Part shown: one piece after another, positions 55,803 to 64,000 of the stretch
Layout: every line of letters begins with the position of its first letter
How positions within the stretch are numbered: the first letter of the stretch is position 1
Origin: Patescibacteria group bacterium
Lineage (GTDB): Bacteria; Patescibacteriota; Patescibacteriia; UBA9934
DNA length: 64,000 bases
NCBI GenBank assembly: GCA_049296775.1
Contig: JBAQTB010000002.1
Coordinates: 1,891 to 65,890, forward strand
Direction: 5' to 3'
Translations under genes and position numbers: made by a program
Notes under the pieces: generated by a model
What the model was told of the DNA's origin: nothing
The model's input: the letters and a program-made list of their open reading frames with translations, nothing else
Databases searched by the model: none

Positions 55803-56447
55803 TTACACTTCTGTATGCACTAATTGGTGTCTGCGGCGCAATCTTTCCGCCTGGATTAGCACATAAGCTGCTCCACCAATCGCGCCCAAGAACAAGCCAG
55901 ACACGCCATTCACAGGGATATTTGGTCTCACAGGGTATCTAGAATTCAACGGTTCATCCACTACCTGAACAGTAATATTGCCACCAGAAGTATAAGTCCA
56001 ACCCTGGGTAGTAATCACATAAGCCACGGCCTGGGCAATTTCTTGAGCCTGATCAACATCCGTGTGATAAGCCTTAATGGCTAACAAACCGCTACTTCTA
56101 GAAACTGAAGCGGAAATAGCGTTTTCCCACTTAGCGCGTCTTTTGATGGAATCGGCAGGGAAATACTCAGTATCGATCAAAAAGCCGGAGTTCATGACCT
56201 TATCGAAAAAGGTCGAAGTATACACAATGCTAGACAAGTCGTCGGCAATCCGCTCAGCGGAACGACTAGCTGTATAAGCATCAACAATCCCCAATTCCTG
56301 GGTAATCAAGATCCGGGTGGTTGAGCTGTACTCAAGCGGTCTGACTAATGATAGCAAGGCTGCTAGCACTAAACCAAAGGTCGCAAAGAGTAAAACGGTT
56401 GGCCAACCGCGCAGTAAAGGTGTGAGCTGAGTATATCTGTAAGACAT
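55803..56447 (-). CDS. Polysaccharide co-polymerase (Wzz/CpsC/CapA-like chain-length determinant, short PCP-2b-type)
   Basis: Two TMs flanking a ~150-aa extracytoplasmic domain; C-terminal PVRPNIPVNGVSGLFLGAIGGAAYVLI fits the PCP P-x2-P...G-x4-G-x3-G motif. No BY-kinase partner is adjacent. Confidence 0.55.
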   Translation of the reverse strand: MSYRYTQLTPLLRGWPTVLLFATFGLVLAALLSLVRPLEYSSTTRILITQELGIVDAYTASRSAERIADDLSSIVYTSTFFDKVMNSGFLIDTEYFPADSIKRRAKWENAISASVSRSSGLLAIKAYHTDVDQAQEIAQAVAYVITTQGWTYTSGGNITVQVVDEPLNSRYPVRPNIPVNGVSGLFLGAIGGAAYVLIQAERLRRRHQLVHTEV

Positions 56448-56454
56448 GTTATTT

Positions 56455-57573
56455 TTAGTATACCAGAGTAGCGGCATCACCAAGGATGACCGTGAGCTCC
56501 AGTGGAGCCTGAGCGCGTACTACACTAAAGCGCGCAGTTTGTCCAGGGTTGTAAGTTGCCAGGATCTCCGCCAAGGACACTTCAGGGGTGATGGCTTCAC
56601 CGTCTACGGCTGTGATTATATCCCGTGCTAACAGGCCGGCCGCAGCAGCCGGAGTGCCAGTTGGTACCGCAATTTTACCGGCCGGAGCCAAAACCAAGGC
56701 CCCGGTACTCAAACCCTGACGTAATTGTGAGTCTAAGTTATAAACGTCAGCTATATCTACCACATACGCCCCCAAACTCGCCCGGGTAGTCACGCCAGAT
56801 CTAAGCGTGTCTTGAATAAAGTCTACGCCGTGATGAACAGGTACGGCCTCACCCGACTTAGTCACAAACGCCAACATCTCCCCCGCTGTCGACAGCACTG
56901 GTCCCGGCAAAGCGCTGGCCTCAGCCAACTCCCAAGCTCCCGCATAAGCCTCAGCTTGATGCGGACCAGAAATAATCGGCAATTCTGTATTCTGCACGGT
57001 GGTGGCCACAAACCCCGTAGCGGCGGACAAGCCAAAGACCATATCACCGTTAGCCGCATCTTCACTGGCACCAAAGGCGAGCGGGGTTAATCCGTTAGCC
57101 TCCGCTAATTTCAACAAAACGTAAGGCGTAGCGTCATCATTAACTTGTTCTGCAATAGTGTAACGCGTGCCTCTTATCCAAACTTCTAAACTGGTTTTAG
57201 GATTTTGCACGCTGCCTAGCTCATCTTTAGTCGTCAAAATCCAACCATTAGCACTCGCGACTACACCTAAACCCACTGCGGACTCCGGCCCAATCCAATT
57301 TGCCGGACTCAGGGTGTCTGTGCTCTTTAAAGTAATCACCGCCAAACTTCTAGACTGTGCTTCTCTCACTTTATTAGTGGCGTTAGCATAATCCAACGGA
57401 TTGGAATTTGGCTTACGTGGTTCCCACGCTAAAAATCCTCGATCACCCAACAGCGTGTTAGCGTAATCGTCTAAAGATCTAGACGTAGCAATGCTAGTGA
57501 CTACACCAGCGCCACCGCCGACCACCACGGCCACCAAAACTGTAATTAGCAGACCTCGATTGAAATATTGCAT
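56455..57573 (-). CDS. Membrane-anchored HtrA-like protein with C-terminal PDZ domain (catalytic serine motif not clearly conserved)
   Basis: 372 aa; N-terminal TM; PDZ GLLARDIITAVDGEAITPEVSLAEIL...RFSVVR. A trypsin-fold-like region where the expected GNSGGP is replaced by EASALPGP. Confidence 0.45.
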   Translation of the reverse strand: MQYFNRGLLITVLVAVVVGGGAGVVTSIATSRSLDDYANTLLGDRGFLAWEPRKPNSNPLDYANATNKVREAQSRSLAVITLKSTDTLSPANWIGPESAVGLGVVASANGWILTTKDELGSVQNPKTSLEVWIRGTRYTIAEQVNDDATPYVLLKLAEANGLTPLAFGASEDAANGDMVFGLSAATGFVATTVQNTELPIISGPHQAEAYAGAWELAEASALPGPVLSTAGEMLAFVTKSGEAVPVHHGVDFIQDTLRSGVTTRASLGAYVVDIADVYNLDSQLRQGLSTGALVLAPAGKIAVPTGTPAAAAGLLARDIITAVDGEAITPEVSLAEILATYNPGQTARFSVVRAQAPLELTVILGDAATLVY

Positions 57574-57584
57574 AAGTTATTTAG

Positions 57585-58361
57585 CTAAATCCAGGTCGCG
57601 GTCCCAAAGATCAACCCAAGCAGCATACACCCTGTGATTAAGTAGCGACGGACAATCACCGGCGTTAATTTTTCTAGCACATGCGCTCTGGCAATACCTA
57701 AGTAGACGTACCAAAAGACGGTGAAGGCCGCAGCGTGAGTCACAAAACTAGTCGGCAACATACTTAATGAGACGTAAACCTCTGTCATCAAGATTGCACC
57801 AGTGACCGCAAATAAAATCCCAGTTTCAAAACCAATTTTACTCACCCAAAAGACCGCCACCGTCGCCAACAACACAATTAAGAAAGTGGCAACAGCCGGA
57901 ATCCAGAGCGGCAATTCCAAGAACAACTGAGCCATGTAAGCGCTCCCCGTGAAAAAGAAGGCGCTCACCATGTAGCACATTAAAGACAAAAACTCTAAGG
58001 AATAAGCTTGATAAGAGCTAGGCAAGTGATAAAACGCAAACACGTTCTCCGCGTACAGCGTCAAGGCCAAGGTCACCGTGATCGCCATGGTCCAGGCCCC
58101 GGCCGTGGTTTCAATAATCAAAAAGAACATGAGCGCCGAGAGTAACAATAAACTCGGCGTGCCCAAGAACACCCAAAAGGCCGGCCGACGCAATTCCCAC
58201 AACAACAATCTAGCAAACAAAAATGGGATCAACGCAAAGCACAAAATCGCCGGCACTTTGAAGGCCAACGGCTCCCAGATCAAAAATCCAAAACCCACCG
58301 CGGACAGCAACAGAATCGCAAAAGGAGTTAAACGGTGGAGAAGGATCACAGGGGAAGCCAA
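57585..58361 (-). CDS. Hypothetical polytopic membrane protein
   Basis: 258 aa, ~8 TM helices; no recognisable motif. Confidence 0.4.
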   Translation of the reverse strand: MASPVILLHRLTPFAILLLSAVGFGFLIWEPLAFKVPAILCFALIPFLFARLLLWELRRPAFWVFLGTPSLLLLSALMFFLIIETTAGAWTMAITVTLALTLYAENVFAFYHLPSSYQAYSLEFLSLMCYMVSAFFFTGSAYMAQLFLELPLWIPAVATFLIVLLATVAVFWVSKIGFETGILFAVTGAILMTEVYVSLSMLPTSFVTHAAAFTVFWYVYLGIARAHVLEKLTPVIVRRYLITGCMLLGLIFGTATWI

Positions 58362-58723
58362 GAATATTGAGCTTTAAGAGCGGCCAAACGCGCCGTACCG
58401 TCATCTGTCTCGCCGTTGACTAATTTACCAAACGCAACGACTAATTCGTAATGGACATTCAACATATTGCCCGGCACCCTGACCGCGATCAAAGCATTGT
58501 AAGTAGCTTCGGGGTCTTCGTCGACTTGGTAAGCTTCAAGCAAAGTGCTCACAGCTTGAGTGTAAGTCTCTTCATTCACCTTGACACTTGGCACCGTGAC
58601 TTCACGCACGTCCTGATTGTTTTCCAAAAACTCCTGACCCTTAGGACTAAGTACGGCCGCAAAGACCACCGCCAAAATCACGGTCATGCCTAGGAGAATT
58701 GCCGGGAACCAATGTCTATCCAT
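58346..58723 (-). CDS. Hypothetical membrane-anchored protein
   Basis: 125 aa; single N-terminal TM (FPAILLGMTVILAVVFAAVL). Confidence 0.4.
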   Translation of the reverse strand: MDRHWFPAILLGMTVILAVVFAAVLSPKGQEFLENNQDVREVTVPSVKVNEETYTQAVSTLLEAYQVDEDPEATYNALIAVRVPGNMLNVHYELVVAFGKLVNGETDDGTARLAALKAQYSWLPL

Positions 58724-58754
58724 ACTGTTAGATTATGCGATTAAACTTTCAGCC

Positions 58755-59807
58755 CTAAACCGTCTCAGCCCGTTTGCGGAAAATCTCAGCCAGGAATACG
58801 GACACCGCCATGGCTAACGGGATCGCCAGGATCACCCCAACCACTCCCCCCACCCGCCAACCCACCAAAGCCGCCAATAAACTTACAATCGGGTTAAGTC
58901 CGGAGACCTTCTGCATGATCTTGGGCACTAGGATATTATTCTCAGCTAATTGGATCAAGAAATACGCGCCCGCTGTGAGCAGCGCATGCACCGGCGAGAT
59001 CGACAAGGCCAAAATGACAGCAGGCACCGCGGACAACCATGGCCCAATAAACGGAATGATCTCCATGAGGCCCGCCATCAGAGCCAAAATGATGGCGTAC
59101 GGAATGCCTAAAATGCTTAACACGATATACGTCAATGCAAAAATCACCAACATGAGTAACAACTGACCGCGCAACCAAGCCCCCAGGCTTTCCCGCATTT
59201 TACCAGAGACCTGCATGACAAATGGTTGATATTCAGCTGGAGCTACAAATGCGATCGCCTTCACCAGTGCTGTTTTCTCCGCCACCAAGAAGAAGGCCAA
59301 CACCAGAACCACAATCACCGCTACCACCGCTCCGAAAGCATTAGAACCAAGATGCAAAAGCTCTGGTACCGCTGCAGCCACACCGGCACCGCGTACCGTA
59401 TCTAATAATTGTTCCGCATTAAGCGCCAAAGTCTCCACCGAGAATAATTGCGTATAATCTATCTGTTCACTCCCGGCCGGTAAGTAAGGCGCTAAGAAGA
59501 CTGAAAAATTCTGAATCTCAACCAAAACCGGTGGCAGCACCAAAATCATGGCGCCCACAACTAAGGCGATCCCCACCACGTACACAATGAGGGCGGCGAG
59601 ACCACGCGGAATCTTAAAACGCTCCAAGAAATCGGCGAACGGATCAATGAGAGCCGCTAAAAATAAAGCTGCAAAAAACATCACTACTACGTCTCTAATC
59701 AAATAGACAAAGCCGAGCACGAGCAAAATCAACAAAGCCCGAATAATCGTACCGGTAGAAATGGTAATCGTTTGGGGCAAACGTGGGAGTTCTTTACGTT
59801 CAGCCAT
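58755..59807 (-). CDS. AI-2E family transporter (UPF0118/TqsA-like)
   Basis: 350 aa; 7-8 TM; N-terminal region LIRDVVVMFFAALFLAALIDPFADFLERFKIPRGLAALIVY resembles the AI-2E family consensus. Confidence 0.65.
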   Translation of the reverse strand: MAERKELPRLPQTITISTGTIIRALLILLVLGFVYLIRDVVVMFFAALFLAALIDPFADFLERFKIPRGLAALIVYVVGIALVVGAMILVLPPVLVEIQNFSVFLAPYLPAGSEQIDYTQLFSVETLALNAEQLLDTVRGAGVAAAVPELLHLGSNAFGAVVAVIVVLVLAFFLVAEKTALVKAIAFVAPAEYQPFVMQVSGKMRESLGAWLRGQLLLMLVIFALTYIVLSILGIPYAIILALMAGLMEIIPFIGPWLSAVPAVILALSISPVHALLTAGAYFLIQLAENNILVPKIMQKVSGLNPIVSLLAALVGWRVGGVVGVILAIPLAMAVSVFLAEIFRKRAETV

Positions 59808-59850
59808 AATTACTTGTATTGTAACAGAGAATCCTGTTGTCTATCTACTT

Positions 59851-60294
59851 ATGCCAACCTTGGCCACCAACAAGAAAGCGTATCACGACTTTGAAATTCT
59901 TGAGGAATTTGAAGGTGGTTTACGATTATCTGGCCCTGAAGTCAAATCAGTCCGAGCTGGCAACGTGAGCTTAACCGGCTCTTTCTTAACCATACAAAAA
60001 GGTGAGCTCTATCTGAAGAATGCCCACATTGGACATTTTGCGCCAGCCGGCAAAGATCAGCCGGAAGACACACGCCATGAACGCAAGGTCCTAGTTCACA
60101 AACGTGAGCTTGGTAAACTGCGGGCCAAACATGAAGCGGATCGATTGACAATTGTGCCAATTTCCCTGTATACTTCGCGAGGTTTTGTGAAGCTCGGCTT
60201 CGCCCTAGCTAAGGGTAAAAAGAAGCATGAAAAACGCGAAACCCTCAAAAAGCGTGATTTGGACCGAGAGATCCGAGCACGTCTCAAAGAGTAA
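59851..60294 (+). CDS. smpB: SsrA-binding protein
   Basis: MPTLATNKKAYHDFEILEEFEGGLRLSGPEVKSVRAGNVSL... is canonical SmpB. The ATG at 59851 was chosen over the ORF-track start at 59761. Confidence 0.85.
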   Translation: MPTLATNKKAYHDFEILEEFEGGLRLSGPEVKSVRAGNVSLTGSFLTIQKGELYLKNAHIGHFAPAGKDQPEDTRHERKVLVHKRELGKLRAKHEADRLTIVPISLYTSRGFVKLGFALAKGKKKHEKRETLKKRDLDREIRARLKE

Positions 60295-60302
60295 ATTTTA
60301 CT

Positions 60303-60691
60303 GGGTCTGCCAGGTTTCGACGGCAGCACAATTGGTACACGATCACGTCGGACTGGCACCATAGTCCGTTATCAAGTGGTGCAATCCTATACACGCCAAC
60401 GTATTCGAAAAGGTAAAGGCTGCTTTCCGCATGCCTGCCTTCTCTCCGGTCCTCGCTTAATAGCGACTTGACCCGCTCCATCTGTAATGTCTCCTAGCAG
60501 ATTCGAGTGTCATAATCTGGAAACTTGGTGCGCGCCTTCCGTCTGCGTGTGCGACACTGGCGACGGAAACGCAAACTGCTTTTTCTGTCACGCTTTTAGT
60601 CAGTTTGCGTAATCAAGCGTGAATGAACGTGGAAAACATCGGTATTGAAAGTCTGTTCCGCACATGGGTTCAAATCCCATCAGATCCACCA
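60303..60691 (+). ncRNA. ssrA: tmRNA (ssrA), one-piece, CCA encoded
   Basis: 5' GGGTCTGCCAGGTTTCGACGG matches the conserved tmRNA 5' end (GGGGCUG.UUCUGGAUUCGACGG). 3' T-arm GGGTTCAAATCCCAT plus CAGATCCACCA pairs with the 5' GGGTCTG, including a G3.U70 wobble. It lies directly after smpB. Candidate tag frame ends ...AFSPVLA with a TAA TAG double stop at 60458-60463. Confidence 0.75.
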
Positions 60692-60865
60692 CTAGCTCAC
60701 TTACCAGATAGACTCTCGCTCGGGCATCTTAATATGCTGCCAAGCTGCCCTCACTTTCGTCTATCTGCCGCCTGTCTTGGCCTCCCTACGGGTCGGCCAC
60801 TGGCTCGCGACCTGAGTAAGTAGTCGAAGTTTCAAAAGAAATTATTAAGTAATAACCCCACTGCC

Positions 60866-61423
60866 ATGCGCATTCATAGACACCGCCGCTTCCAGAAACC
60901 AAAATTCTCAGCTCCAGAATATAACGCCAACGGGCGCATTATTGCGGCTGAAGTTAGGTTGATCGATGAAAACGGTGCACCGCTTGGGGTTATGACCAAA
61001 GAAGCGGCAGTAGCCCTAGCTACTGAACGTGGCCTGGATATCATCGAGGTTTCACCTAAAGCTGTACCTCCGGTATGTAAGCTGGGTGACTACGGTCAAT
61101 TTAAATACCAGAAAGAAAAAGAGGCCAGAAAGCAGCGCGCTCAATCTAAGGAGGTAGAAATCAAGGGCATCCGCTTAACTCCGCGTATTGGTGTAGGTGA
61201 CCTAAACATCCGCGTAGAGCAGGCTAAGAAGTTCTTTGAACAAGGCGATAAGGTCAAGGCAGACATGATTTTGCGTGGTCGTGAAAAAGCTCATGCTGAC
61301 GTAGCTCATGCCATTTTTGATCAGTTCGTGGCTAAACTTCAGGAGCATTACCCAATAAAAGTTGAGCAACCGCTCAAAAACCAGGACGGCCGCATGAACA
61401 TGATTCTAGCTCGTCAGACCTAA
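60866..61423 (+). CDS. infC: Translation initiation factor IF-3
   Basis: AAEVRLIDENGAPLGVMT N-domain and C-domain KGIRLTPRIGVGDLNIRVEQAKKFFEQGDKVK are canonical IF-3; true start codon may be non-canonical. Confidence 0.85.
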   Translation: MRIHRHRRFQKPKFSAPEYNANGRIIAAEVRLIDENGAPLGVMTKEAAVALATERGLDIIEVSPKAVPPVCKLGDYGQFKYQKEKEARKQRAQSKEVEIKGIRLTPRIGVGDLNIRVEQAKKFFEQGDKVKADMILRGREKAHADVAHAIFDQFVAKLQEHYPIKVEQPLKNQDGRMNMILARQT

Positions 61424-61491
61424 ATCCCCCGCTCAGCCTTGACGGTACAGACTAATTCAGTTACACTTTTGCAGACTTTTTCTACGTTTAT

Positions 61492-61692
61492 ATGGCAATG
61501 AAGACTCACAAAGCAACGGCAAAACGTGTAAAAATCACGTCTACCGGCAAGATAACTAAACGCAAAGCTGGTCAGGATCACTTCAATTCCCGTGAATCTG
61601 GGAATGTGACCCGCAACAAGCGTACAGATATCAAGATGCCAAAAACCCTACAAAAAACCATCAAATCATTACTTCCCTACGGGAACTCCTAA
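61492..61692 (+). CDS. rpmI: 50S ribosomal protein L35
   Basis: MKTHKATAKRVKITSTGKITKRKAG... matches L35; follows infC. Confidence 0.85.
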   Translation: MAMKTHKATAKRVKITSTGKITKRKAGQDHFNSRESGNVTRNKRTDIKMPKTLQKTIKSLLPYGNS

Positions 61693-61695
61693 GGT

Positions 61696-62043
61696 ATGTC
61701 TCGAGTTAAACGCGGTACACAACACGTTAAGCGCCGCAAGAATCTCTTGAAGCGCGTTAAGGGTTTCAAATGGGGCCGTAAGAGCAAGATCCGTCTTGCC
61801 CGTCCTGCCATGTTGAAGGCCGGTCAGTACGCTTTCCGCGACCGTCGCGCCAAGAAGCGCAGCTTCCGCAGCCTCTGGACCCTCAAAATCAACGCCGCTG
61901 TGCGTGCTTACGGCTTGACCTACTCCAAGTTTATCGACATGCTTAAAAAGGCGAATATTGGCCTAGATCGCAAGGTTTTGTCCCAAATCGCTGAAAAGCA
62001 GCCATCTATCTTTAGTAAGATTGTAGATACTCTCAAGGCTTAA
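61696..62043 (+). CDS. rplT: 50S ribosomal protein L20
   Basis: MSRVKRGTQHVKRRKNLLKRVKGFKWGRK...RDRRAKKRSFRSLWTLKINAAVRAYGLTYSKFI is canonical L20. Confidence 0.9.
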   Translation: MSRVKRGTQHVKRRKNLLKRVKGFKWGRKSKIRLARPAMLKAGQYAFRDRRAKKRSFRSLWTLKINAAVRAYGLTYSKFIDMLKKANIGLDRKVLSQIAEKQPSIFSKIVDTLKA

Positions 62044-62060
62044 CTGCCCAGAGCACAAAA

Positions 62061-62099
62061 ATCGTCCTAAGCCTCAGGCTAGGGCGATTTTTTGATTTT
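62061..62099 (+). terminator. Rho-independent terminator after infC-rpmI-rplT
   Basis: ATCGTCCTAAGCC-tcag-GCTAGGGCGAT imperfect hairpin followed by TTTTTTGATTTT. Confidence 0.55.
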
Positions 62100-62231
62100 A
62101 GCCCGTAAGATATTGACAAATCATGCTTTTTCTGCTATTCTACTCAGTCGCTAGTCCAGACTAAGTTTAGTCAGACAGGCGCCATTTTCGTCATTTCACA
62201 ACTCAAAAACAATTTCACACAAGGAGGCGTC

Positions 62232-63470
62232 GTGGAGACACCTCGCAAAAAAGGACGTCAATCAGGCGGACTTCAGGTGGTCAAAAAAAAGACCAGTGGG
62301 GACAACACGGTCCCCGAGGATTCCACCGAGCCCGCGTCACCGGTCACTATCCATCCTGATCTCGGCAGAACCGGGATCATGCAAATGATGAAGCCCGATC
62401 CAACAAAGCCTGCCAAAGCCGATCTCGATCGACTCCTGGCTACAGACACCGGCGACTGGATCTCGGCCGTCGACGAGCATGAGCTGACGCCCTTGCCAGG
62501 GCCGAAGCGGCGCGTCTCAGATGGTAAAATCGACATCTCCACGCCAATGCCGGCCCCCAGAACCATCGTGGGCGGCGACATGCCGGAAGAACCAACACTA
62601 AACGGTCCGCCAGCGGCTCAAGAAGAGCCACTGACACCCGATGAAAACACCGGCGGCTTGTCAGTAGATGGGCCCACAAAGCCCGTCAACGACACACCGC
62701 CTACGCCGCTAGCTATGCCGGCGGCCTCAAAGCCGGCGGCAAACACGCAGACTGCTGCGGCCACGGTGGCACCAGCGCCACCGAAATCAGAAAAACCATA
62801 CACGCCGATCTTTATCGGCACAGGAGATACAATGTCGGAGAATCAAGGTCGCGGCATCATCACGATCACAACGATCGCACTCGCGATCATCTTCGCGGTT
62901 GCATGTGGCGGCTTCGCGGTCGACCGCTGGGGCGACGGTGCCCCGCAAGACGGCGACGACGTCGCGACGGTGCCTGGCACAGGAAGCCTCCCCGCCGGCA
63001 TGCCGCTGGTGGTGGTCTCAAACGAGAGCAAAGATCCAACGTGGCTACAGTGCACTGACATCGACGAGCTGTACCCCCCTGGCGACGCCAGGAACTTCGT
63101 CGACGTGCCGAACACTGTCACGACGCTCGAAAAGGAGACGATCTTTGTCTCCGGCCTCCACCCAAAATTGGTCTGCGCACGCGGGCCGAAAGAGGATTTC
63201 ACGCTCGACCTCACGGCCACCGTGAATTGGACGGGAAATTGCGAGGTCGAAGGCAAAGTCGACCCGAAGTTGGACACGTACAGTTTGTGCGCCGACAAAA
63301 GCGGCAAACTCGTGTCAGAGGACATGCTCCAATCGGTACTACATACCTCCTGGACCAAGCTCGAAGGTCTAGAGGCCGTCAAGGTCATGTGCTGCACTGG
63401 AGGTGCGGTCAATGCTTGCCAGTTGAAAAACGTTGACCTCATGTCCACAGTCGCAGCCGCAACGCCCTGA
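62232..63470 (+). CDS. Hypothetical membrane-anchored protein with disordered Pro-rich N-terminus and extracytoplasmic Cys-rich C-terminal domain
   Basis: GTG start 8 nt after a strong AAGGAGG RBS. One TM (IITITTIALAIIFAVACGGFAV); 10 Cys in the C-terminal ~200 aa; GC-rich. Confidence 0.45.
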   Translation: METPRKKGRQSGGLQVVKKKTSGDNTVPEDSTEPASPVTIHPDLGRTGIMQMMKPDPTKPAKADLDRLLATDTGDWISAVDEHELTPLPGPKRRVSDGKIDISTPMPAPRTIVGGDMPEEPTLNGPPAAQEEPLTPDENTGGLSVDGPTKPVNDTPPTPLAMPAASKPAANTQTAAATVAPAPPKSEKPYTPIFIGTGDTMSENQGRGIITITTIALAIIFAVACGGFAVDRWGDGAPQDGDDVATVPGTGSLPAGMPLVVVSNESKDPTWLQCTDIDELYPPGDARNFVDVPNTVTTLEKETIFVSGLHPKLVCARGPKEDFTLDLTATVNWTGNCEVEGKVDPKLDTYSLCADKSGKLVSEDMLQSVLHTSWTKLEGLEAVKVMCCTGGAVNACQLKNVDLMSTVAAATP

Positions 63471-63562
63471 CAACACCGCCCAACTGAGGCCGGAATGAAA
63501 GATTAATCCCTCGCGGTTGATCAATCGTTCCGGCCTCGAACTTTTTTAGGAGAAAAAAGAGA

Positions 63563-63976
63563 ATGAGAAAGAAATTAATCCTCGTAATTGAGGATGAAGA
63601 AGTGATCCTCAGAAAAATCGCAAGGTATTTGCAAGGTCTTGGCCTCGAGGTACGAACAGCCGCAAATCTGGGTGAGGCCAGAGAGCGTATTGAAAACAAC
63701 CGATTCGCTGTGATCGTCAGCGATATCGACCTTGGTGCCGAAAGTAGCACCGACCTCCACGCCGAATACGTAGGTCAACTGGCAGCCAGCCACACAGAGT
63801 GGCTGAGCATGACCGGCCGCGATGCGTACGCAGATACTGAGGACGTGAAGGTTAAGTATTTCCGCGGCCACAACATCAGAGTCGTGGGAAAGGGCCAGGC
63901 GAGCTTCCTCCACGAGCTAATGGAGGCGGTCACTGTGATCATTACAGCCGTCGAAAAACCCAGTGGCCAGCCTTAA
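63563..63976 (+). CDS. Stand-alone response-regulator receiver (CheY-like REC) domain protein
   Basis: 137 aa; LILVIEDEE acidic pocket and VIVSDIDLG phospho-acceptor Asp region; no output domain. Confidence 0.65.
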   Translation: MRKKLILVIEDEEVILRKIARYLQGLGLEVRTAANLGEARERIENNRFAVIVSDIDLGAESSTDLHAEYVGQLAASHTEWLSMTGRDAYADTEDVKVKYFRGHNIRVVGKGQASFLHELMEAVTVIITAVEKPSGQP

Positions 63977-64000
63977 GCTCCCCACGAACAACTCAAACCG

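Noticed and set aside
60096-60481. Minus-strand ORFs of 88 and 65 aa downstream of smpB
   Set aside because: They overlap the tmRNA gene, whose conserved 5' and 3' ends and the smpB adjacency give a much better explanation of this interval.

Overview
This 64-kb window reads as a compact, gene-dense segment from a small-genome, monoderm-type bacterium with G+C around the high 40s % by eye. Gene content and organisation are compatible with Patescibacteria/CPR (Saccharibacteria-like), but that attribution is unverified. Genes are mostly on the minus strand with short or overlapping junctions.

Housekeeping content, from the left edge:
- A split division/cell-wall (dcw) block. mraY-ftsW-murG lies at 6.1-9.4 kb. 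murD and a partial MurE-like ligase lie at 0-2.2 kb. They are separated by a ~4-kb insert carrying a P-type cation ATPase, an antisense tRNA-Lys(UUU), an ASCH protein and a secreted hypothetical.
- Translation and nucleotide genes: rpmA, pyrG, rplI, smpB followed by a tmRNA (ssrA) gene that the ORF track cannot show, then infC-rpmI-rplT.

Cell-envelope glycan region (17.8-32.4 kb, plus 44-48 kb and 55.8 kb):
- rmlB-rmlC-rmlD with no rmlA in the window.
- A UDP-xylose-synthase-like SDR that apparently lacks the catalytic Tyr.
- Two GT-C-type polytopic membrane proteins, a CDP-alcohol phosphatidyltransferase, four GT4 and two GT2 glycosyltransferases, and a DUF2304 protein.
- An O-antigen-ligase/Wzy-like protein and a short CpsC/Wzz-like co-polymerase.

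Surface-protein region:
- A 1409-aa giant secreted surface protein lies immediately downstream of an ECF sigma / putative anti-sigma pair. A GC-rich 246-nt leader sits between them.
- Divergent from the sigma gene is an HTH plus DUF1704 (QEGLA-motif, HExxH) pair.
- An S8 protease with FG-GAP repeats, a TPR protein and a NUDIX gene follow the giant gene.

Most unusual segment: a clearly GC-richer ~7.4-kb island at about 48.0-55.4 kb, all on the minus strand.
- Two tandemly duplicated lipoprotein genes carry (Asp-X)n acidic arrays, Thr-Gly triplet (collagen/BclA-like) repeats and repeated MopE-like Cys/Asp 'DGDG...DCDD...DNDC' motifs. Each copy keeps a near-identical terminator hairpin.
- A third Asp-repeat/MopE-motif secreted protein and two further secreted proteins complete the island.
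- A second GC-rich patch at 62.2-64 kb encodes a GTG-initiated membrane Cys-rich protein and an orphan receiver domain.

No CRISPR array, integrase or transposase was seen.
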